Shown: positions 51,954 through 64,000 of the stretch, piece by piece
Numbering within the stretch: the first letter of the stretch is position 1
Layout of the letters: the number at the start of each line of letters is the position of its first letter
Translations under genes and position numbers: made by a program
Assembly (NCBI RefSeq): GCF_001194135.2
Contig: NC_068994.1
Coordinates: forward strand, 42,202,777 to 42,266,776
Direction of reading: 5' to 3'
Source: Octopus bimaculoides
Lineage: Eukaryota
DNA: 64,000 nt
Notes under the pieces: generated by a model
What the model saw: only the letters and a program-made list of their open reading frames with translations
The model's database searches: none
Told to the model about the DNA's origin: nothing

Positions 51954-52199
51954 TATAGATGTGTGTATTTTTCCCTTGTTAACAATTAACACGGAAAAAT
52001 AGATAAATAAAAATCACACAAGTAAAAAGGGTGTAGCTCCTTGTTTTTAAAGGTAGGAACTCCGGGTTTACATGAAATATTTTGTATAATATATATAAAT
52101 AAATAAATGGAGTTAAACGCAGGTGTTATTCAAATTCTTTTACTTCCGACACGTTTCGAAGTTATCACTGGTATTACTCCATATACACCACTACTACAC

Positions 52200-52242
52200 G
52201 AACCTGAAGATTGCATAGTTTAATGCATGTAAGTACTAGTTC
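52200..52242 (+). ncRNA. Degenerate minimal type I hammerhead (Penelope-like element type)
   Basis: GAAC/GTTC stem I; CTGAAGA core; TGCAT-AGTTTA-ATGCA stem II; GTAA in place of GAAA; palindromic AGTACT stem III; CTA cleavage triplet. Confidence 0.5.
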
Positions 52243-52437
52243 AATCAGAATGGACATTTAATATTCTATCATTTTATTATATTATATCATCCTGTGTTAT
52301 AATATTATTATAAGATTGTAAATAAACCGTGAAAAGCAGACAAAGTTGGAATTTCTTTGAATAATATATTCTTCTATACACAATCATACACACCCATGTG
52401 CATATGTATATATACTTATCTACATATATATATATAC

Positions 52438-52483
<46 letters not shown>

Positions 52484-53673
52484 ATACACACACATGCATA
52501 TACATATGCATACACATACATTCATACACACAGATGCACATGTGCACAACCACGTGCGTGCACACATACACACACACACACACACACTCACGTGCACGTG
52601 CGTGATGAGCTTCTTACAATTTCTGTCTACCAAATCCACTTGCAAGGCTTTGTAGAAAAACACCTGCTCAAGGTATTACACAGTGGGAGTGAATTGGAAA
52701 CTAAGTGGTGGGGAAGCATGCTTCTCACTATACATCCATCCTTGCGCCTGTAACTGAAATGAGAAACGATTGGAAAGGTCTCACTGATAGTGTTCCTTAT
52801 TAAGTTAGCCCCAAAAGATCTCATTGTTTGCATGTAAATCACACAACATATTTTACATGATTGCAGTTAAATACATAGTGAGTGGGAGTTCTCCTGCTCA
52901 GTGTAGCAGTCAGACGCAGTATTAAATCATAATATCTGTATTAAAGTTTATTGTATCAAGGTTGGTAGCACTACCAAAGTATTGTTCAATAATATGTAAA
53001 CTTATTGAAATACATGATACTTGTCAGAACTGGTAAACAAATTTTCCCGTGAAAAATTATTTCCAGATATATGTGAAAATTGAAATAGATCTTTTATTTA
53101 TTTATTTATTCTTATTTTATTTAAATTTTATTTTTTTTAATTTTATTTTTTTTCTGTGAGATAAACACATAGTTGCTATCAAAGTTTAAGCAATTTGTGA
53201 TTGAAACAAAATTTATGATTGGTTTGGGATAACTTTCCTCATAAACAACATATAGAGCTGCTTGTAATTGAAACATGAAAAATGTATTTTTTTAATAGCT
53301 TTTTCACCAAAATTTGTTTTTATTCTTTCATTGCCCTTTACAATACGAATGACAACATACCTGTATCTCATTATATCATTTGAGCCTATATGCACACATG
53401 CATACATACACACACATACACACACACACATATATTTATTTCTATATGTACATATTATAAATAGCACAGTATGAAGTATATGTATAATATCCATTGTCCA
53501 ATTGATATTGGATGTTATGTGATTCTATAAAACTTTGTTATCTTTACCACCTTCCAATTTGGAATTATATTCTCTGCCGGTTTTGTTTTTCAGTATAAAA
53601 ACATTTTCAAAGTTTGAATTTTATTATTTGAAGGTTTTTGCTTTCAATATACATACACACACACATATAAATA

Positions 53674-53755
<82 letters not shown>

Positions 53756-54239
53756 CATATGTGTTATATGGATGTATATAAATTAAACAAGATATAACTA
53801 AGATATATGTGTGCGTGTATTTGTATGTGTATTTGTATGTGTATGAGTGTGTATTTCTGTGCGTGAGTGTATAAATATAAATATAATTATATATATATAT
53901 ATANNNNNNNNNNNNNNNNNNNNNNNNNNNNNNNNNNNNNNNNNNNNNNNNNNNNNNNNNNNNNNNNNNNNNNNNNNNNNNNNNNNNNNNNNNNNNNNNN
54001 NNNNNNNNNNNNNNNNNNNNNNNNNNNNNNNNNNNNNNNNNNNNNNNNNNNNNNNNNNNNNNNNNNNNNNNNNNNNNNNNNNNNNNNNNNNNNNNNNNNN
54101 NNNNNNNNNNNNNNNNNNNNNNNNNNNNNNNNNNNNNNNNNNNNNNNNNNNNNNNNNNNNNNNNNNNNNNNNNNNNNNNNNNNNNNNNNNNNNNNNNNNN
54201 NNNNNNNNNNNNNNNNNNNNNNNNNNNNNNNNNNNNNNN

Positions 54240-54297
<58 letters not shown>

Positions 54298-54863
54298 CGT
54301 GTGTGTGTAGACACCTACATACATATATACATATTTCATGTACTTAATTTTTTCCCTTCACTTAAAAAATATGATTTTTTTTTTTTATATATATATATAT
54401 AGAGAGAGAGAGAGAATGTGTTGAAACTAACTAGAAGTTAACTGTATACTTATATTGTTACCTAGTAATGTTTACTCAGTTAAATTCTGTTTGATGTTTT
54501 CATGAGAAACAACAAAACAGGTTTAAGAAGATTTTACTTTGCATTACAATATTAAGTTTAGGTGTCTGGCAATTCTGAATTCATATACTATCACAGAATA
54601 TTTTGAAACACTGACTATTAGTGAAAAGGGTGAGTGATTTCTTACATATTTTATTCATATTTTTTTTTATTCTTTTGTTGGTTTCAGTTACTAGATTGTA
54701 ACTGTATTGGGATGCCATCATCAAGGATTTTAGAAAATTATATTCAGCCTAGAGTGTTTGCTGTTAGATACTTATTTTGTCAATCATTGCTGAAGTGAGT
54801 AGCTAAGTCACCCTTTTGAGTCAACTACTATATTTTACTAGCTAATGGCGTTGTGTTAAACTA

Positions 54864-54894
<31 letters not shown>

Positions 54895-55531
54895 CACACA
54901 CATACACAATCATACACATATATTCATAGATAGATAGATAGATGGATACATATATATAATGAATCGTAATAATGCGTTTTGAATAGCACAATAATACACC
55001 TTTTTATGTCCCATTCAAAATATATTATTACTATTTATTATTATTGTTTACAAACAAAACACAATGCTTCAAGCGAACTACAATGCTCTCCTATATATAT
55101 ATNNNNNNNNNNNNNNNNNNNNNNNNNNNNNNNNNNNNNNNNNNNNNNNNNNNNNNNNNNNNNNNNNNNNNNNNNNNNNNNNNNNNNNNNNNNNNNNNNN
55201 NNNNNNNNNNNNNNNNNNNNNNNNNNNNNNNNNNNNNNNNNNNNNNNNNNNNNNNNNNNNNNNNNNNNNNNNNNNNNNNNNNNNNNNNNNNNNNNNNNNN
55301 NNNNNNNNNNNNNNNNNNNNNNNNNNNNNNNNNNNNNNNNNNNNNNNNNNNNNNNNNNNNNNNNNNNNNNNNNNNNNNNNNNNNNNNNNNNNNNNNNNNG
55401 CCGCTGACCTTGGTGAGAGAGACAAAAACCTGGCAATCTTATATCTTCTTTTCAAGTGAAATTCTTCACTGATATCGAAAAGGTGAAAACAAGCAATGTT
55501 AATTCTCTAAATGAAGTATTAACAGTAACTG

Positions 55532-55740
55532 CACGATAAAGTGTAGTATATTGCCACTTAAGTGTAGCTGACCCGTGCTGCAGATGTTGGTGAGAGGGAT
55601 AACTACCCTTGGCAAACAGGACACAGTCGTGTGTCGATAAGCCAGCTGGAGGAGATGTCCTCCTGGGGCTAAAAGCAACAGTAACATCCACCCCTAGGGG
55701 TCAGCCACACTTAAGTGGCAATATACTACACTTTATCGTG
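55532..55740. repeat. 43-bp inverted repeat enclosing a 123-bp spacer related to the 50.7-kb repeat
   Basis: 55532-55574 versus 55698-55740, 42/43 identical. The spacer has CCAGCTGGAGGA..CCTCCTGGGG.TAAAA, as at 50704-50736. Confidence 0.85.
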
Positions 55741-56133
55741 TGTATATATATATTTATAGATAGATAGATAGATAGACACAGACAAACAGACAGACAGGTA
55801 GATAGGTAGATAGACATGTGCGAAGTGATGCTCTCACCCTGCTAAATTAATTTCATGAACACTTGACAGTGTAATATTTCTAATTGTATATATCACTAAA
55901 TTAACACAGGAAAACAATAACCGTAATGCAAGCAATTTTTTATGCACTGTACATATACTGTGTCATGTATAATTCATTAATGTTTCATATCCATCTTGAA
56001 ATCTGTTTACTAGTTATGAAGTGCTGTGATGTACTAACATGAAACCTGTAACTCCCAAGGAAGCAAGTCTATCAGAATATTGCAAAATATTGGCTGCTGC
56101 CAAACAAAACTGAATAGGGCTACCCAACATTCT

Positions 56134-56186
<53 letters not shown>

Positions 56187-56926
56187 CATATCATCATCAT
56201 CATTATTTAATGTCCATTGTCCATGCTGGCATGGGTTGGTTGGTCTGACCAGAGCTGGAAAGATGGAGAGCTATATTGGGTACCAGTCCAATTTCACATG
56301 GTTTCTATGGCTGGATACCTTTCCTAACACCAACCACTTTACAGAGTGTGCCAGGAACTTTTATGAGGCATCACATGAGTGCTCTTATGTCTCACCAGCA
56401 CAAGTGCTTTTTACATGGCACCAGCATAGGACTCTTGTAAGCCAATCATCTTCACCAGGGGGAGCAGCCTTAACACTGTGGAGCACATATATTCATATTC
56501 ATATATATATGTATGCACATCTATATGTATTTATATACATATATATATATATGAATATGAATATATGTATGCATGTATGTATCTATATATATATATATAC
56601 ATACATGTATATATATATATATATACATACATGTATATATATATATATNNNNNNNNNNNNNNNNNNNNNNNNNNNNNNNNNNNNNNNNNNNNNNNNNNNN
56701 NNNNNNNNNNNNNNNNNNNNNNNNNNNNNNNNNNNNNNNNNNNNNNNNNNNNNNNNNNNNNNNNNNNNNNNNNNNNNNNNNNNNNNNNNNNNNNNNNNNN
56801 NNNNNNNNNNNNNNNNNNTATATATATAGGAGCAGGAGTGGCTGTGTGGTAAGTAACTTGGTTCCGGTTTCAGTCCCACTGCATGGCACCTTAGGCAAGT
56901 GTCTTCTACTCTAGCCTTGGTGGATC

Positions 56927-57028
56927 ATAGCAGCATTCACCAACTTAAACAAGGAGACCATCCAGAAAAGTTGCAGGAGATTCTGGAGTCATCTGGAGGC
57001 CGTGGTTGAAGCCAATGGCGATTTTACT
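56927..57028 (+). mobile_element. Tc1/mariner (DD37D/maT-like) transposase C-terminal remnant
   Basis: Translates to IAAFTNLNKETIQKSCRRFWSHLEAVVEANGDF, matching the C..F..RLEAVI.A.G pattern. Confidence 0.6.
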
Positions 57029-57556
57029 ATATTAAATGTGCAATGGTGAAATATTGAATATGAATGCATAAATTGTAAGAAATGAGAAGCAAAAATCAGC
57101 TGAGATTTTTGATGGGCATCAATGAATGTAGGACAGATGTCTAGACTGATAGAGACTTGTGATGCTGAAGACTGATGGATACCAAATTTAAAGTGTTGTG
57201 TACTGTTGGTGAATGGTAACTATGTCAGAGCTAAGAGAAGAGAAGTGGTTCTGAGATCAGATATTAAACTGTTCCACCTCAAAAGAGAGAAAAGTGATTA
57301 AACATGATCAAAATGCATAGCAATATGCTCTACTGAATATTTATTCAACCTACTTCAGCAAAGAACAATTGGTGTTAAATTGAGTATGATGATGATGGTG
57401 GTGATAATGATGATGACAATGGCGACGATGACGGCAGAATTGATATCTGTGAATGTGAATGACTAAGAGTGCTTTTGTGTTGTGCATGATTGTGACTGCG
57501 TGTATGCTTAATTATTTTATTACATAAGTGTGTGTGTGTGTATATATGTATGCATG

Positions 57557-57596
<40 letters not shown>

Positions 57597-59091
57597 AACA
57601 CACTCATGTATGTGCATGTGTATGTATATATATGAATACAGAGTTCTTTGTAGTCTACATAATAGTGTATTAATAATAATGGTTTCAAATTTTGGCACAA
57701 TTCTATGGCAAACGGGACAGTCAATTACTTCAACCCCTTTACTGCTTTTGCTTATTAGACCCCAAAAGATGAAAGGCAAATTTAACCTCAGTGCCATTTT
57801 AATTTGGAACATAAAGAGCAGGTAAAAATGCTGCTAAGTATTTTGTCTGAGACACTAAAAATTCTGCAAGCTTGCTGCCTTTCAATAAATCCTTAAATAA
57901 AGTCCAGGGTAGTGGATAACTGGATTTACTAGAGCACTCATCGACAAGCTGCAGCCCACAGGACTTTCTGAGTAGAATGCCAATCGAAAAATTACCTTGA
58001 ATATTTAGTAGAGCAACTCATCTGATATTGAGGAATGTCTCATGCTGCCTGCTTCTTGAAGAAGATTGCCCATGCCTATGTTACAGTGTGAGAGGAGACG
58101 CCTTGTAGATTTTAATAAAAAAAAATTCAGATGGGTAACATTTCTTCATCTATAACTGGAACTTTGTCATCTATGATGATAAGGGTTCCAGTTGATCTGA
58201 TCAACAGAACAACCTGCACATGAAATTAATGTACAAGTAGTTGATAAATTCAGCAGAAACATGTACCCTTAATATAGTTCTCAGGGAGATTCAGCATGAA
58301 ACAGAAGCTGACCCTTTGAAATACAGGCACTACTCAGACACGGTCTGAGTCAGTTCTTGTTTGGAGTCACTGCTTTTCTGGACAGTTTAGGGACCACATT
58401 TTACTCACACACTCCATGTTTCTGTGGGTGGATACTCTTCATAACAACTACTTTACAGAATACATCAATTATTTTTACAATGAAATTGTCTTTTATCCTA
58501 GGCATGACTTAAATTTTCTTCTCTACAATATTTAATCTGCCAACCACTTTGCAAAATGTACCGAATACCTTTTGTCATAGCATCAGCACTAACATGGTTG
58601 TCCTGTCCCTGACAATACTAAAAGAGTACTCTGTACACTACATTGTTTTAGTTCTCTGAAAGTGATTAAACTGAAAGAGTGAAATAGAAGACAGAATGCT
58701 GAAAGAGAGAACCAAAGCAAAAGGATGATAGAGGAGGAGGTAATGGAAGAGAGACAATACTGGAAAAAAGAGAGAGTGATGGTTTGTAATAAAATGGATG
58801 CTAGTAAAGGGAAATTGATTACAGATGGATCTGCTACCAGTTCACAGTACACAGACCACATGATGGTTTAGAAAAACAGCAATAAATGTATACAACCACT
58901 GGCAGAATTAATACTGTGTTTTAAAAGCCACTGACAAAATATATTTAATTCTAAGAAAGTAAAATGTAAATATATATGCACGTGTGCACATATGGGATTA
59001 TATATGAATATACATGTATATATTAGTATGCATCTATGTGTGTATATACAGACACACCCACACACACACATATACATATTTATATACATAT

Positions 59092-59144
<53 letters not shown>

Positions 59145-59368
59145 TATCATATTCATATACATACAAATACACTCATACACGTATATATGTGCATGTATGT
59201 ATGTTTATATATATATATGTACATATAAATATAAGCACACACATGCACATATATACATATGTTCAAAAACATATATTATGTAAAGCGAAGCAAAAAACAG
59301 AAAGAGCAACAGAATAAACAAAATATGATGAATATGGTATTATTTATTGGCACACACACACACACATG

Positions 59369-59411
<43 letters not shown>

Positions 59412-59852
59412 GCAGATTATATACTATATATATGTATGTATGCCCATACATACGTACGTATGTATGTATGTATATGTGTACATACACATAATTCTGCAAT
59501 AAAAATCTTAAATCTTCTCTAAAAGGAAGACTTTCTAGTTAATAGAGGATAATTGATTTAAAAATCGTTTTACACTAATTGGACAAAACAGATTGAGAAA
59601 GACAGATTACATTTTATTATTGGGATTGTAATTTATATTTTATATTAAATGACTAATATTTCCAGAAAAAGAATTATTTTGTTGTAAGTATTAAAATAAT
59701 TCAATTTTTTTCTTTTGTATTTTATATTAAATTTGTTTTCGTTCATTTAAAGAGGATGTAACTTCACCTGTAGCCCATTGCAGCTATAGAGACAAGACAT
59801 GGTGAATATTAGTATTATTATTATCATTATTATTAGTAGTGGTGGTTGGTGG

Positions 59853-59886
<34 letters not shown>

Positions 59887-60229
59887 GGAGGAGGAGGAGG
59901 AGGAGGTGGTGGTGGAGGGAAACTGATGAGCAAGTAAAATTGTTAGAACATCAGATAATATGCTTACTATTATTTCTTCTGACTTTTTACATTCTGAGTG
60001 ATTTCAAATCCTGCCAAAGTCGACTTTGCCTTTCTTTCTTTCTTTCTTTGGGAGAGTTAATAAAATAAAATAAGTCGTGTACTGGGGTCGATGTAATCAA
60101 CTAAGCCCTTCTCTTTAACATTGCCGACTTTGTACCATAATTTGAAAAAATTATTATGAAGATCACAAGCTGGCAGAATCGTTAGCGTGCCAGACAAAAT
60201 GCTTAGCAACACTTTTTCCAACAAGAGGG

Positions 60230-61250
60230 ATGGATGACATGGCCAATAGTCTACAGGAGTCAGTGGAGGGGAGAAAAGGCAGGCCTAATGGACTCCTACT
60301 TTCATGCTAAATTCATCAGAGCAGTCATTGGCTACTCTCACTTTCGTTGTTGTATCCCTCTACATAGCTTGAACTGTCGACACAAGCAATTCATCTTCTC
60401 CTAGTATCCTCGGTGCCCACTAGATTACTGAACATTGTTCTCTGTCAATTATTTTCTCCAAATCAACAGAAACCAGGTATAAGGGTTTATTTTTAACCAC
60501 GTATTTCTTCTGTAGTTGCCTCACAAGGAAGATTGCATCTGTGGTGTCTCTTTTGAGGACTATGCTAAACTGCATCTCATTCATGTCTATACTATCATTT
60601 ATCAATTGGGTTATGGCATTTTCAGTGATTTTCATAACTTGGTCTAGAAGCTTGATTCCCCAATAGTTGCTAAGCTATCTTGAATACCACTTCCCTGGAT
60701 ATTTCCTCAGTTGCATCTCTGCAATTATCACTGATGGATCTGTGGCTTTCCCCACTTCATGTCTTGATCACTTTATCTAGCATCCTGCTGTCAACTTGAA
60801 TTGCTGGTCCCTCTACTGAATCTGCATTGGGTAATCCTTGTTTATCCATGTGTTCTCCACATTTGGCAGCCTTTCAGAATTGCATTTCCACACCAGTTTC
60901 TTTTGTTCCATAGTGATGGTGAGTTTGCTTTCATCATTCTAAATACAATTCTTACCAATGACACCTTTCATACATTCCCACTTCTGATCCTCACTTTGCA
61001 GGGCATGTGCAAATCTCTTCTATTCTGCCTTACTTTTTTTTAGTCAAGTACATCTGATGCCAAGATGCCCTTCTAGTCACTAAGTAGCACTCCCTACCAC
61101 CACCATCCTTCTAGTCTTTCTCTCAGAGCCTGTTAATTATACCATTCCACTACCATGTTACCTTTTGTTTCACTGAGCCTTTGCTCCAACCACATGTCAA
61201 ATCTGTAATGCTAAGCAGGTTATTTCATAAACATTCCCAGATATTGTCTC
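60230..61250 (-). mobile_element. RTE-clade LINE reverse transcriptase fossil
   Basis: DEMQF-like MNEMQF, TTDAIFLVRQLQKKY, PLYLVSVDLEKIIDR. Confidence 0.8.
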
Positions 61251-61295
61251 TGCTATAAGTATTTAAATCTACTAAATTGAAAAAGCAAACAAACT

Positions 61296-61643
61296 ATGCT
61301 GCATCATAGATGCCCAGCTGACAACAAGGTATGCAATAAGGAAGAGAGAAAAGTTGGGAGATATGACAGGTTAGCTTGGGAGGTTAAGCAGTTGTGGTCG
61401 ATGAAAAATGTAGCAGTAGTACCAATAATTATTGGAGCCCTGGGAACAGTGAGCAAAAATCTCGAGAAGTACATGGAACGAATAGGGGCTGCATTAAGGG
61501 TGGAGCACTTGCAGAAAACAGCACTGCTTGGAACCACCCGAATACTCTGGAAGGTGCTCGAAAAATAAGAGGTGTTACCTTAGTTCACTGGTACTACAGC
61601 TGACACTGTAGTACATCTCCAGTGTTAGAAGCTGTGCAAAGGC

Positions 61644-61678
<35 letters not shown>

Positions 61679-61688
61679 TAATAATGAT
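61296..61688 (+). mobile_element. R4/Dong-clade non-LTR retrotransposon 3' end: restriction-like endonuclease C-terminus, 3' UTR and (AAT)n tail
   Basis: KVGRYDRLAWEVKQLWSMKNVAVVPIIIGALGTVSKNLEKYMERIG..LQKTALLGTTRILWKVLEK*, followed by (AAT)n at 61644-61688. Confidence 0.8.
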
Positions 61689-62149
61689 ACAGTTTTGAGA
61701 GGAGGTATAAGCCAATACCAGTGACAGGTATCAACTTATCTCTGGCAGTCACTTTATTCTATCAGTCTCAGAGAGGTGACAGCAAAGTTGACCTTGGCAA
61801 GATTTGAACTCAGAATGTGAAGAGAAAAGAATGCCTCAAGACATTTTTTCCCAGTGCTCTAATGGTTGTGCAAATCCACCATCCTCAATAATTGTTTTGA
61901 GAGCTTAGAAACAAGGCTAGCAGCTGTGAAGGGAGGGGTTCAGTCAAATTCTTGACTGTAGTACTTGATTGATATTCTATTCTGTTGCCCCCCCCCCCAA
62001 GGATGACAGTTAACCTTGGCAGAATTTGAACTCAGAAATATAAAAAGTATGAACAAATACTGCAAAGTTTTTTCTGCTGCTTAAACTTTCTGTCCAAAAA
62101 TATGTTATTATCACTAATACCATGTTAAACCGCTAATGTCATGTGAGAT

Positions 62150-62570
62150 AAAGGAGGAGAGATAAGAGAATAAGATCAAAGACTGACTTAGAAATACTTA
62201 GGAATTAATGAGCTAGACAGAGTATATAGACACTGAAATGAGAGAAAAGGTTAGGAAGGAATATTATAAATGCATTAGATTAATACATTAAACAGAGCTA
62301 AATGCAAAAACAAAGTAATAGCACCACTATTCTTGCTGTTCCAGTAATAAGTTAGAGTAATAATGTTCTCAACTGGACATTAAATAAACTCGCTAGACTA
62401 GACAGTGAAAACAAGAAAACTTACAACTGCATTTAGGATTCAATACATGATATCTGACATAGAAAGATTATATTTACCAAAAAATAAAGGTAGCTAGAGG
62501 GCCCACAGTGGCTAGAACATTGTTATAAGATATCTACTGTAAGACTATAAAGATATCTAGTAAAGAATAA
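62150..62570 (+). mobile_element. R4/Dong-like reverse transcriptase C-terminal fossil (frameshifted)
   Basis: Fragments KYLGINELD, EMREKVRKEYY, TELNAK.KVIA, LAVPVIS, DIERLYLPKNKG. Confidence 0.65.
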
Positions 62571-63569
62571 ATGTTCACTAATATAAATGGCTCTGTCACA
62601 ATGCCTAATCCTTGTTGCAGTTGGTGGTCTGTGTACCACTATGATCCTAGGAGCTATGCCAGTGAACTGTGAGCTCCTAGTGGGGCCTCACCATGCTGGA
62701 AAGATCAAAAGAGAGACCACCTCTTCCCAGAGGTAAAAATATGTTTGCTTCAAGTCAACTAGGAAAAAAAAAAAGCAAAGCTACAAGAAACAACAATGAT
62801 GAATCAAAACCTAGAAAAGAAAACGACAGCCCAGAGTCAAAAAATGCAGAGAAGTTGTCAATGACCTATGTTCCATAGGGAACAAAGGGTATGCAAGTAA
62901 TACTTTCTCTTATAGGCAGAAGGGCTGAAATTTTGGGGGAGGAGGATAGCCGATTACATTGATTCCAGTGTATAACTGGTACTTATTTCATCACCCCCCC
63001 ACGAAAGGATGAAAGGCAAAGTCAACCTCGGCAGAATACAAACAGCTATGAAATTTGAACAAAATAAAAAAAAAACCTGATGTTTTCTGTTTACATGGAT
63101 ACCAAAAAATATAAAATAGAGACTGGAATGACAGTCAGTTACTTTCAACTTTTATTTTTTACTTGCCTCAGTCATTGGATGACAGCCATGCTGGGGCACG
63201 ACATCAAAGGGTTTAATAAAAAAGGAAATAATCCCATTACTTATTTGTTTTTTAAGCCTATTCTGTCAGTCTTTTTTCTTTTTGCTGAACTGCTAGATTA
63301 CAGGGACATACACAAACACCAGTAGCCAAACAATGGTAGGGGAACAAATGCAAACGCATGCACACACAAACACATATACAGCTCTTACTTTATCAAAGGA
63401 TGAAAGGCAAAGATAACCTTGGCAGAATTTGAACTCAGAATGTAAAGACAGATGAAATGCTATTAAGCCTTTTGTCTAGCATGCTAATGATTCTACCATC
63501 TCACCGCCATAATAATAATAGTAATGATAATAATAGTAATAATAATAATAAAAAGAAGAAGAAGAAGAA

Positions 63570-63782
63570 TCCTTTCTACTGTAGAAAGACCCTGAAATTT
63601 TTGGGGAAGGAGCTAGTTGATTACATCGACCCCCAGTACTTAACTGGTACTTATTTTATTGAACCCAAAATGATGAAAGGCAAAATCTGCCTTGGCAGAA
63701 TTTGAACCCAGAATGTGAAGCCAGAAGAAAAGCAGCCAAGCAATTAGTCCAGTAGTTAATGATTTCATTAGCTTGCTGCCTT
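63570..63782 (-). mobile_element. SINE family C, full length, within a head-to-tail cluster
   Basis: Colinear with the other family C copies. Confidence 0.85.
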
Positions 63783-64000
63783 AATAATAATAATAATGGT
63801 TTCGAATTTAGTGCTAGGCCAGCAATTTTAGGGGAGAGGTAAGTCAGTTACATCAATCCCAGTGATCAACACTTATTACCTATTTTTCTATCTTTGGTCA
63901 CATTGTTTTCATAGATATGATGGATAAGGATAAAGACCCCATTCAGTCCTGAATGACCATGGGATTGCACCTAGAAAGTTACCCTCGGAGGCACAAGTTT

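Noticed and set aside
495-59522. Dozens of ORFs rich in YI/HT/CV or X
   Set aside because: These are translations of (TA)n, (CA)n and (TG)n microsatellites or N-gaps and have no protein features.
1-64000. CRISPR arrays, rRNA genes, prokaryotic operons
   Set aside because: No regular repeat-spacer array or rRNA-like sequence was seen; the context is a metazoan genome.

Overview
AT-rich, microsatellite-dense eukaryotic DNA with about 11 N-gaps, most likely from an octopus (cephalopod-type protocadherin plus tRNA-derived SINEs with internal microsatellites; species not determinable here). Only one protein-coding region is well supported: a minus-strand protocadherin exon (ATG 43796) encoding a signal peptide, EC1-EC6, a transmembrane helix and the start of the tail. 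It ends at a phase-0 CAG|GTAAAT donor, so further exons probably lie toward lower coordinates. There is one tRNA-Lys(UUU) gene at 38773-38845. The rest is repeat: at least four SINE-like families, RTE and R4/Dong LINE fossils, mariner/Tc1 remnants, piggyBac-type MITEs, and a Helitron with an in-window empty site. The most interesting signals are: (1) a ~360-bp retrozyme/Penelope-like unit with a type I hammerhead fold whose flanking inverted copy implies a tandem or circular template (50254-50790); (2) further hammerhead relics and several fold-back insertions; (3) a triplicated palindromic motif with decoy uATGs in the protocadherin leader; (4) loss of the calcium ligands at the EC3-EC4 linker; (5) a tRNA gene with no T4 terminator placed just ahead of a SINE. 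All alignments were made by eye and no database search was run.
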